A stretch of DNA of 64,000 nucleotides, taken from Spirochaetia bacterium. GTDB taxonomy: Bacteria; Spirochaetota; Spirochaetia; DSM-27196; Salinispiraceae. Positions 44,445-54,786 of the stretch are shown in pieces (position 1 is the stretch's first letter; every line of letters starts with the position of its first letter). A program made the translations under genes and the position numbers. Where the stretch lies: contig JBBRCZ010000013.1 of NCBI GenBank assembly GCA_038204425.1, positions 25,289-89,288 on the forward strand, in the 5' to 3' direction. The notes beneath the pieces are model-generated. The model was not told where the DNA came from, did not search any database, and saw nothing but the letters and a program-made list of their open reading frames with translations.

Positions 44445-47054
44445 ATGAGTGCAATACAACGCACAATTCTCTTGGTTGAGGATGACGTTCTGATTGCAAT
44501 GAACGAGTCGCAAAGACTTCGCAGCTTTGGTTATCACGTGTTGACTGCTAACAACGGCGAAAAAGCCATCGACATGGTGGGCTCTTCTACCACAATCGAT
44601 CTGATTCTGATGGATATCGATCTTGGCGCTGGAATTAGTGGCCCCGAAGCTGCCCAATTGATTCTTGGCAAAAAAACTTTGCCAATAGTTTTTTTGACCT
44701 CCCACAACGAAAAAGAGATGGTCGAAAAAGTGCGCGGCATTACGCGCTATGGTTATGTCATAAAGAACTCAGGTGACTTTGTTTTACAGAGTTCAATTGA
44801 AATGGCATGGGAACTTTTTGACCAGAAACAACGCGAACAAGAACAGAGGCGACAACTTCAACTGAGCAACCATCAGCTTATAGACACCACGGCCCTTTTA
44901 GAAGGAGTCTTTGAGTCAAGCGATATCCCTATGGTATTGATTGCACTACCAGAACTGCGCATTCGGATTGCCAATCCTGCTAGTCTCAAACAACTAGGGT
45001 TTGACACCAAAGGCAGCTTGCTGGGTCTACCATTGTCTAAGTTGGAGCAAGGCTGGAAAGAGTTTGATTCCAATGGCGCCGTCTGCGATTTTGAGGACAG
45101 CGTCATAGTCAAGGCGACCAAGGGAATTACATCAAGCAACGCAGAGGTCTTGTTTGAGAACAAATCCGGTATCCAGTCTTGGGCCCTGGTAAACGCTAGT
45201 CCGCTCTTTAATAACCAGGACGCGCAGATTGCCGCCTTTATCGCCTTCCCTGATATAAGCGAACAAAAAAGGTCAAAAGAGGTAATCCGCGAAAGCGAAC
45301 AATCGCTTTCCATTACGCTCAATTCTATTGGCGACGGTGTAATTGCCTGCGACATTGACGGCAGAGTGACTCGCATGAATAAAGTAGCCGAAAAGCTTAC
45401 AGCTTGGAACTTAGCAGATGCACGCGGTCGCTTTTTACATGAGGTATTTGTTATCGTAAATGCCGAGACCCAAACGCCTGTTGAGAATCCAGTTAAACTG
45501 GTGCTTGCCCGCGGCGAAATTGTTGGCCTTGCCAATCATACGGTTTTGATTGGTCGTGACGGTAGTCGCTACCATATTGCTGACAGTGCGGCCGCCATCA
45601 AGGACGAGCAAGGTCAAGTGCAAGGCGTTATTCTGGTCTTTTCTGACGTGACTGAGCGTTACGTGGCCGAGAAAATGCGAGAAGAGCTGCGAGCCCATGA
45701 GGTCAAGTTTAAACACGTCTTTGACTCAATTCCAATGGGCATGTACCTATACGAACTGCGGGCCGACAAGCAACTTATCTTTGTAGGCTACAATCCCGCA
45801 GCCGATGCGATTTTAGGCCTAGACCATAGTCAGTTTTTGACCAAAACTATCGAAGAAGCCTTCCCTAGCCTGACCGCCACCACCTTGCCTGATCAATATC
45901 GTTCCTTGGCCTCGGATGGCGGCTGGTGGCATCAAAATTTGGTGGACTACGACCAGGGTGGCATTAAGGGTGCTTTTGACTGTTATGCCTTTCAGATAGA
46001 GCCACACAAAATGGTAGTTATGTTTGTTGGGATTACTGAAAGACTTAAGACCGAACAGGCCTTGTCAGAAAGCGAGCAAAAGTACCGCACCCTGGTAGAG
46101 TCCTCACAAGACTTGATTTGGGAATGTGACTTAGAGGGCAACTACGTCTATCTCAACCCGGCATGGGAAATCACGCTTGGTTACACCAAAGAGGAAATGC
46201 TCGGACAACATTTTACCAAATTTTTAGAACCTGAACAAATCCAAGCTGACCTAGCGGCGATGACAGAAACTCTTGAGCAAGGCCAAATCAATGCTTACGA
46301 AGCGATGCACGTACACAAAAATGGCAAGCCCGTCCAATTGATCTTTAGTGCACGTCATCGCCGCGACAAGGAAGGTCGCGTTTGTGGCACTAGTGGCACG
46401 GCCAGTGATGTCACGGAACGTAAGCAAGCAGCTGCCCAGATCAAACGTTTGCTCGATGACAAGACGCTTCTGTTAAAGGAAGTTCACCACCGCATCAAAA
46501 ACAACATGGGAACCGTCGCCAGCCTCCTGAGTTTGCAGGCTATGCAAAATCAAGACCCGGCCGTCAAGCAAGTCTTTGACGATGCCAAAAACCGTGTGCA
46601 GAGTATGCTGGTCTTGTATGAACTGTTGTATCAATCCGAAAACCTAATGGTTCTCTCGTTAAAGGACTATATCAATGGCTTAATTGACAAATTGACTGAC
46701 ATTTACTCGTTCTATCAGAACATTAAGATAGTTTGTACGGTGGAGGACATTTTGGTAGATGTAAAAAAAATCCCCAGCTTGGGCATTATTATCAACGAGC
46801 TTATTACCAACTCAGTTAAGTACGCGTTTGTTGACATGGAACAAGGCTTGATAGAGCTTAAGGCGGTCAAACATGGCCGACGTCTAGAAATCAAGTACTC
46901 AGACAATGGAAGTGGCAGAAAAAAGGTAGCAGGCGACGTGTTTTCACCGGGTTTTGGGATGCAGCTTATAGAAATTTTACTGGGGCAGCTAGATGCTGAT
47001 TGTGAACTTAGTTACCAAAATGGTACCCATTACCAGATTAGTCTGGAGCTTTAG
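44445..47054 (+). CDS. REC-(PAS)4-HisKA_2 histidine kinase
   Basis: ILLVEDD...LMDIDL...YVIK receiver domain, four PAS domains, EVHHRIKNN and NELITNSVKYA. Confidence 0.92.
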   Translation: MSAIQRTILLVEDDVLIAMNESQRLRSFGYHVLTANNGEKAIDMVGSSTTIDLILMDIDLGAGISGPEAAQLILGKKTLPIVFLTSHNEKEMVEKVRGITRYGYVIKNSGDFVLQSSIEMAWELFDQKQREQEQRRQLQLSNHQLIDTTALLEGVFESSDIPMVLIALPELRIRIANPASLKQLGFDTKGSLLGLPLSKLEQGWKEFDSNGAVCDFEDSVIVKATKGITSSNAEVLFENKSGIQSWALVNASPLFNNQDAQIAAFIAFPDISEQKRSKEVIRESEQSLSITLNSIGDGVIACDIDGRVTRMNKVAEKLTAWNLADARGRFLHEVFVIVNAETQTPVENPVKLVLARGEIVGLANHTVLIGRDGSRYHIADSAAAIKDEQGQVQGVILVFSDVTERYVAEKMREELRAHEVKFKHVFDSIPMGMYLYELRADKQLIFVGYNPAADAILGLDHSQFLTKTIEEAFPSLTATTLPDQYRSLASDGGWWHQNLVDYDQGGIKGAFDCYAFQIEPHKMVVMFVGITERLKTEQALSESEQKYRTLVESSQDLIWECDLEGNYVYLNPAWEITLGYTKEEMLGQHFTKFLEPEQIQADLAAMTETLEQGQINAYEAMHVHKNGKPVQLIFSARHRRDKEGRVCGTSGTASDVTERKQAAAQIKRLLDDKTLLLKEVHHRIKNNMGTVASLLSLQAMQNQDPAVKQVFDDAKNRVQSMLVLYELLYQSENLMVLSLKDYINGLIDKLTDIYSFYQNIKIVCTVEDILVDVKKIPSLGIIINELITNSVKYAFVDMEQGLIELKAVKHGRRLEIKYSDNGSGRKKVAGDVFSPGFGMQLIEILLGQLDADCELSYQNGTHYQISLEL

Positions 47055-47949
47055 CTGTTCTGACGGGTCTAAATCCAACGCTGTTGTCGCACCAAGAACG
47101 ATCACTGTAGCCGTTGCGAGAGCTAACTCGTGCTGACTCTTGGGGATTTCCCCACGCACCACCTCTAAATACTGTTGTTGATCCCCGTGCTGGACCAAGT
47201 GGATCGACTAGCTGTTTGCTGGGGTAGGGTGCATAGTAGTCAAAAACCCATTCCCAAACGTTGCCCAAGATATCATACAAACCTAAGCGGTTTGGCTTTT
47301 TGAGAGCCACAGGCATCACGCCATCGGGGCTGTTATTGTACGTCCACGCGTGCTCGTCAAGTTGCTTATTAAGATCATCCTCGGTCGCTTTCGCAAATTG
47401 CGCACCGCGTGCAGCGTATTCCCACTCAGCTTCGCTGGGCAGTCTGTAGCCATTTGCACTAAAGCTGGCCTGCCAAGTATCAAGGTCAAAGACCGCTCGC
47501 AGTTGATCTTCTTCACTTTTCCAGTTGCACCACGCTGCTGCGCCATACCAACTGATGTTGACGACCGGCTTGTTTTCGGCATCGGCTATGGGCCGGATTT
47601 GATTATCCTCAAGCACTAGGTGTTCATGAGGTAGCCGCAGCAAGCGCGGGCCATTGGCTAGATAAATGCCATCTTCTTCTATGACCGCAAGAGTTTGAGC
47701 CAAGGCCCAATTGTAGACTGGTAACAACTGAGAAATGCTTAGTTCGTGCTCCAAGATCAAAAAGTCGCGGCTAATGGTGACTGCACGGGGCGGAGACTCG
47801 TCATGCTCGTCCGACCCCATCATAAAGCTGCCAGCCTTAACCAAGACCATATCTAGTTGCGACTTTTGTATTATCACGGGGCTGCTTTGGCAAGAAGTGA
47901 GGGCGCTCACGAAGAACGCCATCAGACAATAAAAAACTAGTTTGTGCAC
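47038..47949 (-). CDS. FGE-sulfatase (SUMF1/CLec-fold) domain lipoprotein
   Basis: LTSC lipobox, GSFMMGS, PVVNISW, YRLPSEAEWEYAARG, GLYDILGNVWEW, RGGAW and GFR. Confidence 0.9.
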   Translation of the reverse strand: MHKLVFYCLMAFFVSALTSCQSSPVIIQKSQLDMVLVKAGSFMMGSDEHDESPPRAVTISRDFLILEHELSISQLLPVYNWALAQTLAVIEEDGIYLANGPRLLRLPHEHLVLEDNQIRPIADAENKPVVNISWYGAAAWCNWKSEEDQLRAVFDLDTWQASFSANGYRLPSEAEWEYAARGAQFAKATEDDLNKQLDEHAWTYNNSPDGVMPVALKKPNRLGLYDILGNVWEWVFDYYAPYPSKQLVDPLGPARGSTTVFRGGAWGNPQESARVSSRNGYSDRSWCDNSVGFRPVRTAKAPD

Positions 47950-48947
47950 TATTTCTGACTCTTGAGTTGTTGTTGAAGTTTTTCGGCGCTTGATTTTTCA
48001 AAACGTGCAGTTCTAATAGCTTGGCTATAGAGGTCATTGTTGGGTTGGACCTTAAATGCATTGTTTAAGAAACGAAGTCCTTCGTCAAAGCGCCCAGAGT
48101 AGACCAATAGGATGCCGTAGTTGTAAAAAGCCTTGGACTGGACTTCTTTTTCTACAAAGTCCTGCATAGCCAGTTCCTTGGCAATCTCCAAGGCGCCATC
48201 TAAGTCGCCGGTTTTGATAAGCTTAATTGCAGTATCAAACTGGGGCAGCTTGCTGTCTGGAAGTAACTCAACTTGTACAATTTCTTGGTAGGGTACAATA
48301 AACTTCATAAAAGAATCAGCTAGGTCTTCCACTGCCGCAAGGTACAAATCGGTAGAATTGATTGACTCAGGCACTTGGTTGTCGGCTTCGGTGGTTTCGA
48401 TTTTGACAGCTTTTAAGCTTTTGGCACCTATAACTCGTGCCGACTCAGCGTCGGTGACTTGTACGTTGACACTCAAAGTATAGGTCCCCGTTCGTTTATA
48501 AACCGTTACGTTATAGTTCTTTTTTGTCGTTGCGTCATAGCGTTTTTCGACTTCTGACCTTTCAACTTCATCGTAGTTATCAACGGTGATTCGTCCGAAC
48601 ACCAAAACTGCGGCTCCGATAAACTTGCCAATCTTAACCACAGCGTCGTCGTCTACCATACCGCTGAGTGTCAGGTTTTGTTCCTTGATGATGCCAGCAA
48701 GGTTTTGACGATCTATAACACTGTCAAAGTAGTTTGCCTGGGTTAACTTGGCGGTAAATGCATCGGTTAGGTCTATAGCGTGGCTTCGCCTAGCGCCTTG
48801 CACTTCACTTACAGCGATGATTTTGACACCACCAATACTGACTTCCGCTGGTCTGGTCACATGCACTCCGACGGTGGTAGCACAAGATGCTACTACAGCA
48901 AGAAGCAGCACGATGATCATGGTGAGCAAAAATAGTTGTTTTTTCAT
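47949..48947 (-). CDS. CsgG/HfaB-like lipoprotein with C-terminal TPR
   Basis: VASC lipobox, IDRQNLAGIIKEQNL..SG, KIGKFIGA and AFYNYGILL (TPR). Confidence 0.8.
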   Translation of the reverse strand: MKKQLFLLTMIIVLLLAVVASCATTVGVHVTRPAEVSIGGVKIIAVSEVQGARRSHAIDLTDAFTAKLTQANYFDSVIDRQNLAGIIKEQNLTLSGMVDDDAVVKIGKFIGAAVLVFGRITVDNYDEVERSEVEKRYDATTKKNYNVTVYKRTGTYTLSVNVQVTDAESARVIGAKSLKAVKIETTEADNQVPESINSTDLYLAAVEDLADSFMKFIVPYQEIVQVELLPDSKLPQFDTAIKLIKTGDLDGALEIAKELAMQDFVEKEVQSKAFYNYGILLVYSGRFDEGLRFLNNAFKVQPNNDLYSQAIRTARFEKSSAEKLQQQLKSQK

Positions 48948-49034
48948 TGTTTACCTCAGACATTAGCTTAGTTAATTTCTGCACCAATAGCAATATTCTC
49001 AAACTAAGTTGCTGAGCTGTCGATAGTTCTAGTT

Positions 49035-49583
49035 ATGACTAATTTTAACAAGCTCGCCTTAAAGGGCAACACTACCGCCTTGTTTTTTCTGCTGGGCTGC
49101 CTAATTCCGTCTGGCTTATCAGCGCAAACCGTAGGTGTGCAAGTCCTGGCGCAAATTGGGCGAGAGTCCGAGCAAGATCCGGCCAAGCAGGCCATGGCCT
49201 ACGACTATTTGCGTGCTTTGGAAGAAGTCCTGCTCAACGCCGGCTTTGAACGTGGCATGATTACCTTTAACCTTCCACCAGTGCTTGGTGTCAGTGGCGA
49301 TAAAACCTCAGAACTCAGTATCAAAGACTATGCCAACTTTTTTTCCCAGATTCGCAGCGGTGGCGGCCAGCGAGCGTGGGTGCTGCAGCTGGAACTTCAT
49401 ATTGAACCGGCACCACTACGTTGTTTAGCAAGCTCCTTTGATCTATCTACCTATGACCTAGGAAGAGGAATGGTGACCGGAATCGGAAGAGTAAGCCTTG
49501 CAAGCAACGCCAGTGCTGGTGATGGTGCCAGTGAACTTGGCAAGCAAATTTCGCAAGCGCTTGACGCAATTAGTGGGCAATAA
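49035..49583 (+). CDS. exported hypothetical protein
   Basis: Signal-peptide-like N-terminus. Fills the gap before the SPOR gene. Confidence 0.7.
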   Translation: MTNFNKLALKGNTTALFFLLGCLIPSGLSAQTVGVQVLAQIGRESEQDPAKQAMAYDYLRALEEVLLNAGFERGMITFNLPPVLGVSGDKTSELSIKDYANFFSQIRSGGGQRAWVLQLELHIEPAPLRCLASSFDLSTYDLGRGMVTGIGRVSLASNASAGDGASELGKQISQALDAISGQ

Positions 49584-49655
49584 ACCACATTAGACAAAAC
49601 TTGCTCTCAAAAGAGTCACCAAACAGGACGAAGATAGAGAGCAGGAGAGTCTCAA

Positions 49656-52631
49656 ATGAAAAGAACATCCTTTCTACTTATCATAGCTTTGCTATTATCA
49701 ACCACAGCCACTGCTCAGCAGGCATGGCAAGGAAGAGCTACGCGTGGCAATCTTGAGGACTTTCCTAGCCAAGGCTATTATGCGGCATCCAATAGCTTTC
49801 CGCGCAATAGTATTGTAACGGTAAAAAATATGCTCAACGGCAAAACAGTGAGGGTAGTAATATCCCGAGGCCTTAACGATGAGTCTTTTTTGTTATCCTT
49901 GTCCAGCGAAGCCGCTCGAGCAATAGATTTGGAAGCTGGGACAGCACTTAGTGTTTCGGCGCAACAGCTCTTGGTTCCGGGGATTGCTGACTCGGGACTA
50001 GGTGACGAGCGCGCTTTTAGCAATGATCCAGACTTAGCTTACCTCAATACCACCACAAGCACTCTGGCTCGGTCCACCACACAGACAAGCAATCAAGCAA
50101 CTTTGGCAAATAATGCCAACCAAGCAAGCAATCGCCAATCAGATCTTTCTAATGCGCAAGCTTTGAGAACTGCCCCTCGTAATCAAACAAGCGGAAGTCT
50201 ACGAGATCCTTCACAAACAGAAATCATCGCCCCAGCGCAGAATCAACGAACCGAGATAGTAAATAATCCAGGACGAACGGCCGGTTCGGGCCAAGCTATT
50301 TCTGGAACGGTAACTACATTGGCACAGAATTTCGTTAGTCCGGGTGGACTTAACGCTTTGCCTGCAGTCAATCAACAATCCCAAGTAGCTGCCGACCTAG
50401 TGACACAAAGCAACGGTGAACAAGGCCCCCAGGGAGTCGCAGCTATACCGGCTGACAGTCAAAACGCCAACTCAGCACGGGGCGGCACTAATCAAGTCCA
50501 AAATCTCGAGGTTCAGCCAGCTCGAGAAGCACCCGCCCTGGCAGGCAATCAAAATATCGTCGATCCTGGCCAGATGCTCGCTTCTCGTACGGGTAATCCA
50601 GTCATCCGTGACCCAGGTTTGGTCAACTCCAACAGCTCCGGCAACTCACTCAGCACTTCACCGCTGGCTGTAGAACAGGGCTCGGCAGGACGAGAACCAG
50701 TCAATAATCTGGCACCGCAAACTGGGATAGCGGCAAGCGTTCAAAATTTGCGCAGGCCTGGCAATGTCACCACCACAACAATCGTGGGAACGCAAGTGCA
50801 AGCCACCATCTCTGACAACAGGCCGTCCAGTTTGCGAAGTGGCGCCATAGCGGCACGACCCAGTCAGTCATTGACTGGATCTCAAACCGGTACACGCAGC
50901 GACCGAACGACGCCAAGTCAAGTAACACAGAATACAAGTGGACAAGCTAGGCAGCAAGGAGACACAGTCGTTACTGAAGCCCGACCACAAGCAAGCACTG
51001 GCCTTTTGAACGGTGTAAGGGGCTTCAACTCTGGAACCAGGGACTTACCCAACCCCGGTGATGTTGCCCGACCTGAGCATCTCTTTACCCCACCTCAAAT
51101 CAGTCAGGATAGGTCAGCTATCACTAGCGGCCAGTCACCTTTGCCTCAGACCAGAGACATCAGATCTCAGGGTAATAACCAAGCAACTATTGTTGCCAAC
51201 GGTGGTATCAATACAGAAAATCCGGCCCTACTTTCTAGCCAGATGGCAGCGGCGTTGCCAGAAAATCAACAGATTCAACTTTTTAGACCCTATGAGCAGC
51301 TTGAGAGCAACGACTTGCTGCGACCAGGCCAGGCTCCAACAGAGGCTGGCCTTGCCTTGGCCTCGCGTTTGCCAGAGTCCAGAGCACCGGGGGTGCTCGT
51401 ACCTGATTCCAGCTTGCGTTCCGGCTCAGTCCCGCGCACTGGCGAGCTGAGTGCCAACTTGCCCTCCAGCCAAGTGCCTGGCAGCTTGCAAGCCGACCCA
51501 TCCTTGCAGCGCGGCATTGCGCCCGGTAGCGGCGAGCTGAGTGCCAACTTGCCCTCCAGCCAGCTTTCGGGCAACACCGTGCCCGAAACAGGAAATCCTT
51601 GGCTCGACGGCGGTACCGGTCTTGCCCTAAGTGGGGTCAATCTACCGCTGGCACAGTTTGTTCCTGAAGAAGTACCGCAACTTGCATTTGAAGGTGCATT
51701 ACCGGGATTGACCTCATCACTACCAGCAGATGGGCTACCTTTGGCTGCGTCGGTTGCAGGCTATGCGGACACCAGCAGTCAACGATTAAACAGCGAAAGC
51801 CAAGAGCTAACAGCAAATCTGCCTCAGCCAGCAAAAAAGACTGACACAATCCCAGAGAACCCAGTAAATGGCTTACGACCGCAGGGAAACGTGATTAGTT
51901 TAGAACCGGCCGACTATAGACCGCCAACGTTACCAGCAATTGATAGGGCCGATGCCTTAGTGACCATCGGCAGTCCAGGCCAATTGGGCTTGCAAGATAC
52001 CCGTATCAGTCAATTGCCACGACTTCAAACTGGACGTGGGTCAGGAAATGCAGAACCAGGAACCGTGCCACTTACAGCCAATCAAACGCAAGTTAATGGA
52101 GAGCTCAGCCAACCAGGTTCACCGTTTGCAGAGCCAGGATCAAATGGTCTTATTACAACACCGCCAAGCAACGGCACCATCACTATTGATCCTAATCGGC
52201 CACGTGTGCCCCAACAAGGTCAAATCAGTGTCACTACCAGCACTACTATTGTCCAGCAAAACTTAACCCTCATCGACGCTGACAAGCGTCCACCGCTAAA
52301 CGGTAATCTCCAAGTAACGGGTGATACAATACTTTTGGGCAACCTGCCCGACGAACAATGGGCCCGTGCCAACCTACCATTGATAAGTTCCTTGTTAGAC
52401 AACAAATACTATTTACAGCTCGGTAGCTACGCCAATCCGCGCAGCGCACGCCAGGCTATGATTGATGTTGCGCCAGCTTACCCCTTTGTTGTTGTTCCCG
52501 AGAAGTCCAGCAGTCGTCACGTCTATAAAGTCTTTGTGGGGCCCTTGCAAGATGATGAGAAAGGTATGGTATTATATATGTTCCGAGCCAAGGGATTTAA
52601 AGACGCCTTTATTCGTAAGTCTCAACCCTAA
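49656..52631 (+). CDS. RlpA-like DPBB, long low-complexity linker and SPOR domain protein
   Basis: Signal peptide. AASNSFPRNSIVTVKNMLNGKTVRV (DPBB). C-terminal YYLQLGSY...YKVFVGP...KGFKDAFI (SPOR). Confidence 0.85.
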   Translation: MKRTSFLLIIALLLSTTATAQQAWQGRATRGNLEDFPSQGYYAASNSFPRNSIVTVKNMLNGKTVRVVISRGLNDESFLLSLSSEAARAIDLEAGTALSVSAQQLLVPGIADSGLGDERAFSNDPDLAYLNTTTSTLARSTTQTSNQATLANNANQASNRQSDLSNAQALRTAPRNQTSGSLRDPSQTEIIAPAQNQRTEIVNNPGRTAGSGQAISGTVTTLAQNFVSPGGLNALPAVNQQSQVAADLVTQSNGEQGPQGVAAIPADSQNANSARGGTNQVQNLEVQPAREAPALAGNQNIVDPGQMLASRTGNPVIRDPGLVNSNSSGNSLSTSPLAVEQGSAGREPVNNLAPQTGIAASVQNLRRPGNVTTTTIVGTQVQATISDNRPSSLRSGAIAARPSQSLTGSQTGTRSDRTTPSQVTQNTSGQARQQGDTVVTEARPQASTGLLNGVRGFNSGTRDLPNPGDVARPEHLFTPPQISQDRSAITSGQSPLPQTRDIRSQGNNQATIVANGGINTENPALLSSQMAAALPENQQIQLFRPYEQLESNDLLRPGQAPTEAGLALASRLPESRAPGVLVPDSSLRSGSVPRTGELSANLPSSQVPGSLQADPSLQRGIAPGSGELSANLPSSQLSGNTVPETGNPWLDGGTGLALSGVNLPLAQFVPEEVPQLAFEGALPGLTSSLPADGLPLAASVAGYADTSSQRLNSESQELTANLPQPAKKTDTIPENPVNGLRPQGNVISLEPADYRPPTLPAIDRADALVTIGSPGQLGLQDTRISQLPRLQTGRGSGNAEPGTVPLTANQTQVNGELSQPGSPFAEPGSNGLITTPPSNGTITIDPNRPRVPQQGQISVTTSTTIVQQNLTLIDADKRPPLNGNLQVTGDTILLGNLPDEQWARANLPLISSLLDNKYYLQLGSYANPRSARQAMIDVAPAYPFVVVPEKSSSRHVYKVFVGPLQDDEKGMVLYMFRAKGFKDAFIRKSQP
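51441..51562 (+). repeat. intragenic 32-bp direct repeat, 90-bp period
   Basis: GGCGAGCTGAGTGCCAACTTGCCCTCCAGCCA at 51441-51472 and 51531-51562 (GELSANLPSSQ x2). Confidence 0.92.
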
Positions 52632-52654
52632 GTGGCTCGCAACAGGATTTAGCC

Positions 52655-54709
52655 ATGAACGACCAAGAAACGCAGCTAACAACGTTACGCGAAACCATTA
52701 GAACGAGCGACTATCATTATTATGTGCTCAATCAACCAAGCATAAGCGACTTTGATTACGATCAATTGTTGCTCAAACTGACTGCCATGGAAAAGGCTTG
52801 GCCAAACTTCGCCAGTAGCGACTCTCCAAGCCAACGTTTTGGGTCGGATCAGAGTTCCGACTTTGCAGAGGTTAAGCATACTATTCCGGTCTTAAGTTTG
52901 GACAAAGCATATAGCGTGGCAGAAATTCTCACCTGGGTAAAACGATCAAGTGCAAGTCTTAAGGCCAAGTCATTGGCACAAGATTTTTCCTGCATTTTGG
53001 AAGAAAAAATTGATGGCCTTTCGATAGTGCTCTACTACGAACAAGGACAATTGGTGCGCGGTGTAACTAGAGGCAATGGCGAGCAAGGCAACGATGTAAG
53101 TGCCAATGTTCGTACTATCCGAGAAGTACCGCTGCGCTTGAGCCGCCCCATAAGTGGAGCCTTTAGAGGCGAAGTCTACCTAAGCAAGCCGGACTTCCAA
53201 CGTCTCAATAGTCAGCAAGAACTTAGCTATGCCAACCCGCGCAACTTGGCAGGCGGCACGCTTCGACGCATCAAAAGTAGTGAAGTAGCCAAAGTTCCAC
53301 TGCGTATATTTATCTACGAAGGATTCTATCAAGAAGCTCCCCAAACCCACCAACTGATGCTTGAGGATTTAAAACAGTTAGGATTTAAGACCAACCCTTC
53401 TACCGCTGTCTTTTCATTGCCTAGGCAAGCCGAGCAGCTGGCCGATGAGATTAAGCAAAGGGCAGCAGGGCGCGGGCACCTCGACTACGAAATCGACGGA
53501 TTGGTCTTTAAAATCAACGAACTTGAGCTACGCGAGCCGCTTGGCTATACCGAGCATCACCCGCGCTGGGCGCTGGCTTACAAATTTGACAATCCACAAG
53601 GTCAGTCGAGCCTGCTGGCAATAGACATTCAAGTCGGACGCAGCGGCCGCATCACACCTGTGGCGCGCATTGAGCCGGTTTTAGTGGGCGGAGCAACCAT
53701 CCAGAACGTGACCTTGCACAACCAAGACTACATAAATGCCCTTGATCTCGGCATTGGTGACAGCATAGTGGTCAGTCGTCGAGGCGACGTAATTCCAGCC
53801 ATAGAATCAGTTAGTGAAAAAAAATCCAGCGCAGCCTGGCAGATCCCTGAGCTCTGTCCCTCATGCGCATCAAAACTGCACAAGCAAGGTGCTCATCATT
53901 TTTGTCTCAACTTTGCTTGCCCACAGCGCAGCCTTGGCCGGCTAATCTTCTTTGCTGGACGCGACCAAATGGACATCGATGGCTTGGGTTCTGAGTCGAT
54001 GCAATTTCTTTGGCAACAAGGTTTTGTTAGAGACATCCCGGATCTCTACACATTTGACTATCAACAACTTGATGCGTTTGCCGGTTGGGGGCAAAAAAAA
54101 ATCGTCAAACTGCAAAACTCGCTAGAGAGCAGCAAACAACAGAGCTTTGCGCGCGTGCTGGTAAGCCTTGGTTTGTCTGACCTCGGCCCACGAATGGCAC
54201 GCCTGCTTATTAACGCTGGCTTTCTCAGTATGCAAAGTCTTTTTGACCTAGCCGACCGTGGACAAAGCTCCCAGCTGAGCTCTTTGCACGGTCTTGGCGA
54301 AGTAACTGCCCAAACTCTTTTGGACCAACTTAAAGAGCAGCGTTTGCGTGACATGGTAGCCCGCCTGCGCGACTGTGGACTCTGTTTTGAGCAAGCCTTA
54401 GCTGAGCTGGCCTCAGAAACCCTAGCCGCTCATGGCGATCCGCCTTTAGCTTTTAGTGGGCAAACGTGGTGTGCTACGGGCACGTTTGAAAACTTTAAAC
54501 CGCGCTCGCTTGCTCTTGAGCTCATCGTTAAGCATGGAGGCACGGCAAGCGAAGATCTAAACAAAACAGTTAGCCACCTATTGCTGGGCGAAAAAGCAGG
54601 TTCAAAGCTGGCCAAGGCTCAGGCTTGGGATATTGCAATCGTTACGGAGAGTGAGTTTTTAAAGCTAGTTTTTGAAGCCGGTTTGAGTCTGGATTTAAGC
54701 CAAGCTTAA
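52655..54709 (+). CDS. ligA: NAD-dependent DNA ligase
   Basis: EKIDG, TRGNG, NPRNLAGG, CPSC...C..C zinc finger, HhH repeats and BRCT. Confidence 0.96.
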   Translation: MNDQETQLTTLRETIRTSDYHYYVLNQPSISDFDYDQLLLKLTAMEKAWPNFASSDSPSQRFGSDQSSDFAEVKHTIPVLSLDKAYSVAEILTWVKRSSASLKAKSLAQDFSCILEEKIDGLSIVLYYEQGQLVRGVTRGNGEQGNDVSANVRTIREVPLRLSRPISGAFRGEVYLSKPDFQRLNSQQELSYANPRNLAGGTLRRIKSSEVAKVPLRIFIYEGFYQEAPQTHQLMLEDLKQLGFKTNPSTAVFSLPRQAEQLADEIKQRAAGRGHLDYEIDGLVFKINELELREPLGYTEHHPRWALAYKFDNPQGQSSLLAIDIQVGRSGRITPVARIEPVLVGGATIQNVTLHNQDYINALDLGIGDSIVVSRRGDVIPAIESVSEKKSSAAWQIPELCPSCASKLHKQGAHHFCLNFACPQRSLGRLIFFAGRDQMDIDGLGSESMQFLWQQGFVRDIPDLYTFDYQQLDAFAGWGQKKIVKLQNSLESSKQQSFARVLVSLGLSDLGPRMARLLINAGFLSMQSLFDLADRGQSSQLSSLHGLGEVTAQTLLDQLKEQRLRDMVARLRDCGLCFEQALAELASETLAAHGDPPLAFSGQTWCATGTFENFKPRSLALELIVKHGGTASEDLNKTVSHLLLGEKAGSKLAKAQAWDIAIVTESEFLKLVFEAGLSLDLSQA

Positions 54710-54746
54710 ACCAAGCAAGACCATAGAGTTCCACATCGGACTTGGC

Positions 54747-54777
54747 TTGACAAGCATAGATTTGGGTTCTATGCTTG
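54747..54777 (+). promoter_or_regulatory. sigma70 promoter overlapped by a palindromic operator
   Basis: TTGACA(54747)-17-TATGCT(54770). CAAGCATAGA-N7-TCTATGCTTG at 54751-54777. Confidence 0.75.
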
Positions 54778-54786
54778 CGCACAACC

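Noticed and set aside
47038..47200. FGE/CLec C-terminus as a diversity-generating retroelement target
   Set aside because: No template repeat or reverse transcriptase is visible in the window. A remote DGR cannot be excluded.
51441..51562. 32-bp direct repeat as a CRISPR array
   Set aside because: Only two copies, a 58-nt in-frame spacer inside a coding region, no palindrome and no cas genes.
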